DNA of 32,086 bases from Octopus bimaculoides (GCF_001194135.2 NC_068997.1:23079399-23111484); one strand, 5' to 3'. Shown: positions 10,931 to 22,300, counted from the first letter of the stretch. Notes: generated by a model from the letters alone, not told the origin. Numbers and translations are program-made.

Positions 10931-11817
10931 GTATGTGTGGATGTTTCTGCGTGTGCATGCATGTATGTCTACTGATGTATATGCATGTATATATATGCCT
11001 ATGTATGTCCAATAGCTTCAAACTGGCCTCTGAAGGATGGAAATAGAAAACTCGGAGTAGCGAAAGAGTGGATAAACCCTCGGTTTTGACTTAATATATA
11101 AACGTTTATTACATGTTAAGAGTACCTTTTACCACAAACAGGCATATATACACACATACATATGCACATATATATACACACATCTGGTATACACACACAC
11201 ACACACACACATACACGACGGCCATGCTTCTGTCTGCTTCTCAGACAGCAAGACACCACCAGCTTCCTGTTCACTGATGAGGTCCAACAAATTCTCCATT
11301 CTAACGCATCTGGTGTCGCTGAAATACCGACCTCACCACTAGCAACACCATGTGACCCACCTTGTCCAATTGCATCCCGTTTTCCGAAAGCCATCTTGGA
11401 CCTGCAGTAGCCATCTTAGACTTCCAGTGGCTACGCTGGACTTCCGGTAGTTCTCCAATCTGTAATCTAATCCTGGACGAACCGGGTTTCTCTTAGAAGC
11501 CTGCGAAACTTTAAGTATCACGGAACGGAATCAAACTGTCTTAAACAATGATATAGGTAACTCTTTCAAGATGTGCCGAGTGCCTTTTTCTTTAGTTAGT
11601 CCACTCACTCGTATATAGACACACAAACACACACACACACACACACANNNNNNNNNNNNNNNNNNNNNNNNNNNNNNNNNNNNNNNNNNNNNNNNNNNNN
11701 NNNNNNNNNNNNNNNNNNNNNNNNNNNNNNNNNNNNNNNNNNNNNNNNNNNNNNNNNNNNNNNNNNNNNNNNNNNNNNNNNNNNNNNNNNNNNNNNNNNN
11801 NNNNNNNNNNNNNNNNN

Positions 11818-11978
<161 letters not shown>

Positions 11979-12064
11979 CAGTCTCGAGGGACGTTTGGCT
12001 AGTTACTTAACAAATCCAGTTAAACTAATGAGGTTGTTGGTGCTACCGTTGCTACTTCTGCAGA

Positions 12065-12300
12065 CATCATCACGGCACCACTTCAGCCACCATCATCACC
12101 ACTATCAATATCAATACCATCGCAACTGTTGCCACCATCACCATCACGACCAATGTCCAGCACCAACACCGAAGTCACAAAAACCATTCAGCAGTCTCCA
12201 CCGTTGCTACCTCCACCATCCCCGTCGCCAACACCATCACCATTACCATCATCGCGACCTTCGTCATGACCAGCATCATCATCTACATCATCATCATCAG

Positions 12301-12338
<38 letters not shown>

Positions 12339-12515
12339 CCATCGTCACCACCACCATCATCATCTTCATCATCATCCNNNNNNNNNNTCATCATCATCAC
12401 CATCGTCACCACCACCATCATCATCTTCATCATCATCCTCCTCCTCCTCATCATTATTATCACCACCACCACCACCACCACCACCAATCATCCTCATCAT
12501 CATCATCTACATCAG

Positions 12516-12547
<32 letters not shown>

Positions 12548-12799
12548 ACATAATCATCATTATCACCACCACCACCACCACCATCGCCACTACCACCATC
12601 GTCATCATCATCATGATCATCATTATTATCATCATCATCTGCATCATCATCATCATCATCACCATCATCAACATCGTCATCATCATCCTCATCATCATCA
12701 TTATCTACATCAACATCATCATCATCATCATCATCATCATCAACATAATCATCATTATCACCACCACCACCACCATCGTCATCGTCGTCGTCGTCGTCG

Positions 12800-12834
<35 letters not shown>

Positions 12835-13113
12835 GTCATATCTACCGGCATCGCCATTACCATGACAAACAGCAGAACACCACGACCACCACGACCACTA
12901 CCACTACTACCATCTCCATAACGCCACTGTTACCACAATCACTACCACAACTGCTACAACTATCACGAATATCACCACTACTACCATGACCACCACCACC
13001 ACCACCACCACCACCACCACCACTACTACCACCATCATCATTATAGCTACCACCGCCACCATCATCATCACTATCACCGCCACCACCACCACCTTAACCA
13101 CTACACCACGACC
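12065..13113. repeat. About 1 kb cryptic (CAT)n/(CAC)n/(CGT)n trinucleotide array
   Basis: Direct reading; source of the poly-His/Ile/Ser pseudo-ORF 11995-12921. Confidence 0.95.
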
Positions 13114-14239
13114 NNNNNNNNNNNNNNNNNNNNNNNNNNNNNNNNNNNNNNNNNNNNNNNNNNNNNNNNNNNNNNNNNNNNNNNNNNNNNNNNNNNNNNN
13201 NNNNNNNNNNNNNNNNNNNNNNNNNNNNNNNNNNNNNNNNNNNNNNNNNNNNNNNNNNNNNNNNNNNNNNNNNNNNNNNNNNNNNNNNNNNNNNNNNNNN
13301 NNNNNNNNNNNNNNNNNNNNNNNNNNNNNNNNNNNNNNNNNNNNNNNNNNNNNNNNNNNNNNNNNNNNNNNNNNNNNNNNNNNNNNNNNNNNNNNNNNNN
13401 NNNNNNNNNNNNNNNNNNNNNNNNNNNNNNNNNNNNNNNNNNNNNNNNNNNNNNNNNNNNNNNNNNNNNNNNNNNNNNNNNNNNNNNNNNNNNNNNNNNN
13501 NNNNNNNNNNNNNNNNNNNNNNNNNNNNNNNNNNNNNNNNNNNNNNNNNNNNNNNNNNNNNNNNNNNNNNNNNNNNNNNNNNNNNNNNNNNNNNNNNNNN
13601 NNNNNNNNNNNNNNNNNNNNNNNNNNNNNNNNNNNNNNNNNNNNNNNNNNNNNNNNNNNNNNNNNNNNNNNNNNNNNNNNNNNNNNNNNNNNNNNNNNNN
13701 NNNNNNNNNNNNNNNNNNNNNNNNNNNNNNNNNNNNNNNNNNNNNNNNNNNNNNNNNNNNNNNNNNNNNNNNNNNNNNNNNNNNNNNNNNNNNNNNNNNN
13801 NNNNNNNNNNNNNNNNNNNNNNNNNNNNNNNNNNNNNNNNNNNNNNNNNNNNNNNNNNNNNNNNNNNNNNNNNNNNNNNNNNNNNNNNNNNNNNNNNNNN
13901 NNNNNNNNNNNNNNNNNNNNNNNNNNNNNNNNNNNNNNGTTGCAGTGTGTGAATTGAAGAAAATTTAGCTGGCATTTTAGCAAACTTACTGAGCAAGTAA
14001 ATCTTATTGGGTCTCAGAAGCAGACGTTGTTCCCCAATGTGAAAATTTTGTCATAAATCTTGGCTAATGACCGAAAGAATACGTTCGCTAATACAAGGGG
14101 TCCGGAATGGTGTTCCTCGCGAAGAGTTTTTGGAGTAATTTACTGGATAGAGTGGGTAACTCGGAGACAAGAGAACCTCTACTTCTCCGAATCGAAGGAT
14201 CACAACTCCGACGCTAAAAAAAAAAAAAAATGATGTAAC

Positions 14240-14641
14240 GTTATCTTCTCGAATCATACCAACTCATAAGGGCCTGGTTTCCCGGTTTCATGCCGTATAT
14301 ATTCTTCACATGGACGTGTTGTGTCGACGCCCCCAAGCGAAGAAGTAGGATCGTCCAAGACATGTAAATAGAGGTAGTCTGACCGTGGTAGAGAGTTGAG
14401 TGACTGTTGATTAGCAGTTGAGTAGAGATCATCCGAAGGTGCTAGAGAGCAGTAGCTTGAGGCATAACAGGACTGAACGTCGGTCCGTTGCAGGATTACT
14501 CATTTTTGCCAGCTGAGTGGACTGGAGCAATATGAAATGAAGTATTTTGCTCAAGAACACAAGTCGCCTTGTCCAGGAATCGAAACCACAATCTTACGAT
14601 CATTAGTCCAACACACTGGCCACTAAGCCACATACCTTCAC
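14240..14641 (-). mobile_element. tRNA-derived SINE, family C, interrupted by a 153-bp insert
   Basis: Reverse complement head GTGAAGGTATGTGGCTTAGTGGCCAGTGTGTTGGACTAATGATCGTAAGATTGTGGTTTCGATTCCTGGAC (box A/B). The body GCTGAGTGGACTGGAGCAA..TGAAAT.AAGT.T.TTGCTCAAGAA.ACAA is shared with 25300-25517. Confidence 0.88.
14317..14469. mobile_element. Probable solo LTR (TG...CA, 5-bp target-site duplication)
   Basis: Begins TGTTGTG and ends CATAACA (6/7 inverted match). Flanked by GGACG (14312-14316) and GGACT (14470-14474), inside a SINE body. Confidence 0.55.
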
Positions 14642-14699
14642 CAGCTCCGGGCATGTGATAAGAATATGTCAGGAAAGAAACACTTGATAGGTTTTACGA

Positions 14700-14862
14700 A
14701 CAAAACCAACTTGCAGGAGACCCAGAGAGAGGCCATAAGCAAGATAGTGGGATAATAGCCATGAACTCGGTTGTTCTTGCAGAGGAAATCCAGCCGTATC
14801 AATTGGAGACAGATGCTTCAGACAGAACCCGATGGAGGGCGTGCGTGAGGACTCTGCTCTAA
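14700..14862 (+). mobile_element. RTE-clade LINE 3' end fragment
   Basis: Translation ..ERGHKQDSGIIAMNSVVLAEEIQPYQLETDASDRTRWRACVRTLL* fits the RTE C-terminal pattern 'RGRP..W.D.I..DL......W...A.DR..WR..V'. Confidence 0.6.
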
Positions 14863-14904
14863 CGACTCTCTCAGGATAAAGTGGGTGAAAAAGACGATAG
14901 GATA

Positions 14905-15170
14905 TGAATTTCATTTCGTATTCCGACAGGGTCGATAAAATTCAGTACCAGTTAAATACTGGATTCGATGGTACAACTGAACCTACCTCAAGATTGATGT
15001 CTAAGTCAGAAAGCATAACCCAAAGCATCGAGCTTACAGAATCGATTAAAGATCGCAAGCAAAAAGGCTTTACATATTCCTTCGAGATCTTTATGTTCTG
15101 CGATCAAATTCCGCCGAGATCGATTTCGCCTTACATACTTTCTGGGTCCGTAAAATAAATACCAGTTGAG
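14905..15170 (+). mobile_element. Two old, diverged family B SINE fragments (about 14905-15020 3' half; about 15037-15170 head plus core)
   Basis: GGGTCGATAAAATTCAGTACCAGTT..ACTGG..TCGATG and TCAAATTCCGCCGAGATCGATTTCGCCTT..AAATACCAGTTG align by eye to the family B copies. Confidence 0.65.
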
Positions 15171-16856
15171 CATATTTTGAAAAATTTTTACCTTTGCAAT
15201 GAAAGATACTCTAACATAATTCTCGATATTTTCGGCCTTTTCCGTTACTTTCCGGAGTGAATTCTTCGACTTTGTATATAAGTATTCAATATCTGCCAAG
15301 TCTATCCGGTTATTTCAAATTATGACGGAATCACAATGTCACAATACTTATTTTACAGGCTAGAAGAAACGAGATATATATAATATATATATAGAAAAAA
15401 GTATATATTTACCTCGTACGTCTGTTGTCATCGTTTTATTCTGTGTCGTTTCTCTTTAACCTTCTCTATATTTCAAATTAACCTTGTTGAAAGCATGACA
15501 CCAATATCTTTGCTATCGAGGTCTTTGTTAATTTCTTCACATGAAAAATGCATGTTCGTTCTATTTGCAACACACACATTTACACATATACGCACACGCA
15601 CACGCACACACACCACAAATACACATATGTATGTATGTACTTGCACATATGCGTATATCCATCAATCTATCTATCTGTAAGCATGTAATATGCAAACATA
15701 TGTATATATATATANNNNNNNNNNNNNNNNNNNNNNNNNNNNNNNNNNNNNNNNNNNNNNNNNNNNNNNNNNNNNNNNNNNNNNNNNNNNNNNNNNNNNN
15801 NNNNNNNNNNNNNNNNNNNNNNNNNNNNNNNNNNTATATATAACAGATATATGCTTATATTTAATTTATGTGAGTAATTTCTATAACCATGCGAAGAAGG
15901 CGATAATTGAAACCGCGATTTTAAGACTACCTATTTATAAATCATACATGATGAAGTTACAGAGTGTCGACTCTTCTGTGACCGTCTAAACATCGCAACG
16001 TATCGCTTCTTATACCCTAAATGATAGAATTCTATGATATATGCAACAGAAATATGTTTTGTACGAATCATATTATATTCTGTCATGCGAATAATAGGAT
16101 ATATACAACAATTTATGTTATGCATGTTTGCGTACGTATGTGCTTGCGTGCGTGTGAGTGCGCGTGTGTGTTTATGTGTGAATAAATGTGTGTTCGTGCA
16201 TGCGTTTGTGGACGTATATGGCTGTATGTCTATGAGGATCTCTAATGATGCTACGAGAGAGCTAACATACATCGCTTGATATCAAAAATAACATAAATAT
16301 TACAAAATATATTGACCCTCACACGTGCAAGTCAACACAGAGACACATCCATGTGTGTGTGTTGTGTGTTTGCGTGTATATATANNNNNNNNNNNNNNNN
16401 NNNNNNNNNNNNNNNNNNNNNNNNNNNNNNNNNNNNNNNNNNNNNNNNNNNNNNNNNNNNNNNNNNNNNNNNNNNNNNNNNNNNNNNNNNNNNNNNNNNN
16501 NNNNNNNNNNNNNNNNNNNNNNNNNNNNNNNNNNNNNNNNNNNNNNNNNNNNNNNNNNNNNNNNNNNNNNNNNNNNNNNNNNNNNNNNNNNNNNNNNNNN
16601 NNNNNNNNNNNNNNNNNNNNNNNNNNNNNNNNNNNNNNNNNNNNNNNNNNNNNNNNNNNNNNNNNNNNNNNNNNNNNNNNNNNNNNNNNNNNNNNNNNNN
16701 NNNNNNNNNNNNNNNNNNNNNNNNNNNNNNNNNNNNNNNNNNNCATACACATATATATATTTATATATTTCGTTTTGGGATGTGGTTTGCAAGATTCGTT
16801 ATGTGAGTTCTATATATATCCATTTATATATATGTCCATTTATCTATCTATCTTTG

Positions 16857-16899
<43 letters not shown>

Positions 16900-16949
16900 C
16901 TCTCCCTCTCTCTTCTCCTCTCTCTTCTCCTCTCTCTTCTCCTCTCTCT

Positions 16950-16984
<35 letters not shown>

Positions 16985-17619
16985 GAATTTGTAACCTAAT
17001 CGATCTTATTATGGAATAAAAACATAAAATACAGACTAAAACTATCTAAACAGATATTGAAACAAATTAATACATAATAAAATAGCAGTAACTAAATCCA
17101 CGTTTCATTTAATAACAGCCAAATAAGTTGGACAAGCAAAAAGAAAAAAAGAAAAAAAGAAAAGAAAGAAACAAACAATATAAAACATTGAAACAACAAT
17201 ATAAAACATTCATAACAAAAAGACAACATTAAATACAACAAATAATTAAATACAAGCCAAAAAAGAAAAATATTAAAAAATAACATTTAATAAAAAACAA
17301 TATAGCAAAACAATAAATTTTATTGTTATTAGTTTTGTTATTACTTTTATTGTTCTTCTTTTTGTCGTTATTGTTATTGTTATCATCAATAAGTGTGTTC
17401 CGGAGGTCTGTCGGCTTTGTAATAAGAATAGATTGTCGACACTCGGGAGACCGGACATAAAATAATTGAAATAATTAAAATGGTGACCGCCATTACAATG
17501 TCTGGACGCCATTTTGAATTTCTGTTTTGCTTTGTTTTTGACGAAGTCGGGTGAAAGCAGTCACAGAGTTTCATGCGGTTCTACATGTCCAGGCACGCGC
17601 ACGTGCACACATGTTAGCA

Positions 17620-17620
17620 G

Positions 17621-17654
<34 letters not shown>

Positions 17655-17784
17655 ACACACGCACGCATACACAGACACAGACACAGATACAGACACACAC
17701 ACACAACACACACATGTAAGATCGCGCTCTGTCAAACATCTCTCTCTCACTCTCTCAATTTATCTATCTATCTGTCTCTGTCTC

Positions 17785-17819
<35 letters not shown>

Positions 17820-17821
17820 AT

Positions 17822-17870
<49 letters not shown>
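17620..17870. repeat. (CA)n/(CT)n/(TATC)n compound microsatellites
   Basis: Direct reading. Confidence 0.95.
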
Positions 17871-17872
<2 letters not shown>

Positions 17873-18458
17873 AGTTTTTTTCAGTTTCCATCTAGNNNNN
17901 NNNNNNNNNNNNNNNNNNNNNNNNNNNNNNNNNNNNNNNNNNNNNNNNNNNNNNNNNNNNNNNNNNNNNNNNNNNNNNNNNNNNNNNNNNNNNNNNNNNN
18001 NNNNNNNNNNNNNNNNNNNNNNNNNNNNNNNNNNNNNNNNNNNNNNNNNNNNNNNNNNNNNNNNNNNNNNNNNNNNNNNNNNNNNNNNNNNNNNNNNNNN
18101 NNNNNNNNNNNNNNNNNNNNNNNNNNNNNNNNNNNNNNNNNNNNNNNNNNNNNNNNNNNNNNNNNNNNNNNNNNNNNNNNNNNNNNNNNNNNNNNNNNNN
18201 NNNNNNNNNNNNNNNNNNNNNNNNNNNNNNNNNNNNNNNNNNNNNNNNNNNNNNNNNNNNNNNNNNNNNNNNNNNNNNNNNNNNNNNNNNNNNNNNNNNN
18301 NNNNNNNNNNNNNNNNNNNNNNNNNNNNNNNNNNNNNNNNNNNNNNNNNNNNNNNNNNNNNNNNNNNNNNNNNNNNNNNNNNNNNNNNNNNNNNNNNNNN
18401 NNNNNNNNNNNNNNNNNNNNNNNNNNNNNNNNNNNNNNNNNNNNNNNNNNNNNNNNNN

Positions 18459-18498
<40 letters not shown>

Positions 18499-19164
18499 CA
18501 TAGATAGTTACGTACATACATTCATACATATATGTATATGTATGTATGGATATATATATATATTCACATACGCACACGCACATTACACATAAATGTATAT
18601 ATACAATTGCATGGACATATAATATAAACACACGCTCATAGACACAAGCACCAGTAAAAATAACATTGAATGACATTAGGAAAATACATCCGCACACATG
18701 CTGTTAAATATGCAAACACTTTCGACTCATACGTGCACACGTGCAGATGGATTTTGTTATAAGATACAAGCACAGTTACAAGAAGAGATGTGTTTACATA
18801 CATGCATACAGACGTTCATACATATACATGCATACATACATACATACATACGAACATGCATATGTATGTATGTGTGTAATATATTCAAGTGCAAATCACA
18901 CAGAGGTAAATATGCAACGTACACAGAAAAGAATTGCCAGACAAACGTATACAGATGTACAAGTAGAGAAATCATACCCAAACAAAAAACCATATGCACA
19001 CACAGACACGCGCGCGCTACCCCCTCTCTCTCTCTCTCTCTCTCTTTCTCTCTGTGTGTCTCTCTCAGTGTAATAAGAGACATCGGCGCAAACAAGGGAC
19101 TTCGTTATACGCACATAAACATAAACGACCACGATATGTGAGTGTCCGCCTTTACCACAAGCCG

Positions 19165-19398
19165 ACCGGAAACAGCAGTCGCGTGCGTGACGTCACCGAA
19201 TAATGGCGTAATACTTGAGGGTAACAAATTGATAATGGAATAAAAAGATGAAATAAGTAGCTTTGATAAAACAAAAAGATAGAGAAAAATAATTAAGAAT
19301 GAATAAACAAGATGACAAAATTCTTCTCAAATAAGCAGAAAGGATTACATAAACGAAACCTGTAAAATAAACAAAATAATAAAAACAAGATGGCTGCG
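19165..19398. promoter_or_regulatory. Candidate promoter-like motif cluster (ETS, CRE, YY1)
   Basis: CpG-enriched unique sequence with ACCGGAA (19165-19171), palindromic TGACGTCA (19188-19195), TAATGGCG (19201-19208) and CAAGATGGCTGCG (19386-19398). Motif match only. Confidence 0.3.
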
Positions 19399-19439
19399 AA
19401 ATTTGCTTGTTTAGATGTTGCTTTTTTCAGTTCTTAATT

Positions 19440-19650
19440 AGTTGTAGTTGCTGTTTATCCCAATCAGTTTTTAGGCAGCAACCCTGTTAACAAAAGCGTT
19501 TTTTCCATGAACGTCATGTCCTTGTGTTTATGTTTATCGAGATCTACGTTGTCCAATGATTAATGTTCTTTATGTAAAAGAAGTTCGATGTAATTTGAAG
19601 GAGATTTGGCCATTATTTCTACCAGGACGAGTGACGGCGTGGAGCAAGCA
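19440..19650 (-). mobile_element. Dispersed repeat family D copy
   Basis: GGAGATTTGGCCATTATTTCTA (19600-19621) and flanks are homologous to 6270-6490. Confidence 0.5.
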
Positions 19651-20564
19651 TGGAGAATATTTTTCGAGAAGCGGGCTGTATCAAAAACAGCTCATCTTCA
19701 GGCGAGCCGCACCACTGTAAATGATCAAGGAATTAGTCATTAGCCGGTCATTTTGATTTGACTGCCGGGCCGCAGTTTGATCATGAGGAGCTTTGAGCCT
19801 TCCCCCCTGAATTTGATTATGAATAGTTCTTATTCCTTTTTGGCAGTAATGGTGGTAAATTAGCTTCAGATCAGCCCTGAGCATTGCAAACCTATTTTTA
19901 TTACTGTTATTGATGATGCTTCTCAGCTCTTCGGCCAATTTGTGATCAAAAGAGTTCTAGCAATGACCTAATCATATATGGCAATTTTTTGTTTATCAGA
20001 AACTGTATTGACCAGTAGTAACATACTTTATTGAAGACTGTAATGTTTGGATTCGTTTAAGATGACACAGAGTATGATTTGTTGGATATACCATTGCTAC
20101 TTCTAGCATATTGAGCAAATACATAGTTGCTCTCTAATTTGTGCGATTGTTTACAGGAAAGCAATATGGTTAGTCTGATTTGCTGTTGTCGGTTGGTCGT
20201 TCATCTGTGTAAAGGAGCATCGAAAATTGAAGTTGTTTATATTAACGAACAGGAAATGAAAGAGTTTGTTTAAAGTCGAAGTGAAGGATGGTACAGAATA
20301 AGTAAATTACTTAAGGAAATTTTCATTAAACACACTCTTTTACGTAGTTTCATTATTTTTTATGCGTATTTCATTCACGTGTTTGTTTAAATTTGATTGT
20401 TTGTCTTGTGTTTTGTTTCGTGAATAACGTTTTCTAACATTTTCTAATTTCATTACGGCCTTTCTTGTTATTCCACGCACACACACACATATACACTTAG
20501 ATAATTTTACGTGCCTAGTCATCCTTCTCCTACTTGTTTGAATTAAAAACAATTTATATATATA

Positions 20565-20855
<291 letters not shown>

Positions 20856-21710
20856 CGAGTCTGATCAATTAGTATCCGGACTGTTGCCATATTAACGAAG
20901 CTAAAGCACGTAGAGTAAAGCCGCTTGGTAAAGATTGGCCTTGAACTCTGCTATGCATGCGCACAAATTTTCAACGCTTTGGCTCACTTCCGCTATTTAC
21001 AGCAGTGCTTGGAAGGAAGGTGTGTAGTAAGTGATTGTCGCATTGACCATGACAGAGAAAGTTGTCATGGTGATGCCTGCTCAGAGGCCCACGCAAAGTT
21101 GCAGAAAGTGTTTGGAGAGGAGTGTATGAGCTCCTCACGAGTGTATGAGTGGATCAGACGTTTCCAAGATGACTGAAAAAATGTCGATATTGACGAACGT
21201 TCTGGGAAACCCGCAACCTGCAGAACTGAGAAAAACTTTGCCGATGTGCGTGCAGCTGTGAAATCGTCGAATAATCGTCCGTGAATTATCAAAGAATGTG
21301 CAAATTGCTACGGTTCAGTTCAGTCCATTATGACCGAAGATTTGGGTATGAGACGCGTGTCTGCCAAGTTTGTGCTAAAACTGCTTTCAGCTGACCAAAA
21401 TGATTGTGTCGAGAGCGTTGAAAACTTTTTGAAAACTTTGCGTAGGCCTCTGAGCAGGTATCACAAAACTTTTGGCGAAGTTTGATGCAGATTCTTTGCT
21501 CAGCTTTCTCTGTCATACTCATTGCGACGATCACACGCTACACATCTTTCTTCCAAGCACTCCTGTAAACATCCGAAGTAAGCTAGGACGTTAAAACTAA
21601 GTGGAGTTGCACAGCAAAGTTTAATGTCAATTTGTATTAAGCGGGTTTACTCTGCGTGCTTTAGCTTTGTTACTATGGCAACAGTCCGGATACATATTGA
21701 TCAGACTACG
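20856..21710 (+). mobile_element. Mariner-derived fold-back element with two inverted 5' ends
   Basis: Both termini read CG(T)AGTCTGATCAAT..GTATCCGGACTGTTGCCATA. Arm 20856-21100 is the inverse of 21434-21710, with TA at the right flank (21711-21712). Confidence 0.9.
21049..21402 (+). pseudogene. Mariner transposase N-terminal HTH DNA-binding region, disabled
   Basis: MTEK../GDACSEAHAKLQKVFGEECMSSSRVYEWIRRFQDD*KNVDIDERSGKP..GSVQSIMTEDLGMRRVSAKFVLKLLSADQN, with internal stops, a deletion and no DD34D catalytic domain. An inverted second start (MTEKAEQRICIKLRQK..) lies on the minus strand at about 21519. Confidence 0.85.
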
Positions 21711-22122
21711 TATATATATATATATAAATATATNNNNNNNNNNNNNNNNNNNNNNNNNNNNNNNNNNNNNNNNNNNNNNNNNNNNNNNNNNNNNNNNNNN
21801 NNNNNNNNNNNNNNNNNNNNNNNNNNNNNNNNNNNNNNNNNNNNNNNNNNNNNNNNNNNNNNNNNNNNNNNNNNNNNNNNNNNNNNNNNNNNNNNNNNNN
21901 NNNNNNNNNNNNNNNNNNNNNNNNNNNNNNNNNNNNNNNNNNNNNNNNNNNNNNNNNNNNNNNNNNNNNNNNNNNNNNNNNNNNNNNNNNNNNNNNNNNN
22001 NNNNNNNNNNNNNNNNNNNNNNNNNNNNNNNNNNNNNNNNNNNNNNNNNNNNNNNNNNNNNNNNNNNNNNNNNNNNNNNNNNNNNNNNNNNNNNNNNNNN
22101 NNNNNNNNNNNNNNNNNNNNNN

Positions 22123-22300
22123 CTTTCATTTGTTTCAGTCGTTTGACAGCAGAGCCATGTTGGAGCACCGCCTTTAGTCGAACAAATCGACCCCTTCGTA
22201 AGCCTAGTACTTATTCTATCGGTCATTTTTGCCGAACCGCTAAGTTACGGGACGTAAACACACCAACTTCAGTTGTCAAATGATGGTGGGGGGACAAACG

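Noticed and set aside
11274-11335. CTGATGA...GAAA as a second hammerhead (also CTGATGA at about 28152)
   Set aside because: No G-C closed stem II, no stem I/III pairing, and no correctly placed GAAA and UH.
11995-12921. 308-aa ORF rich in His/Ile/Ser/Thr
   Set aside because: It is a translation of the CAT/CAC trinucleotide array, crosses an N gap, is open in several frames and has no domain.
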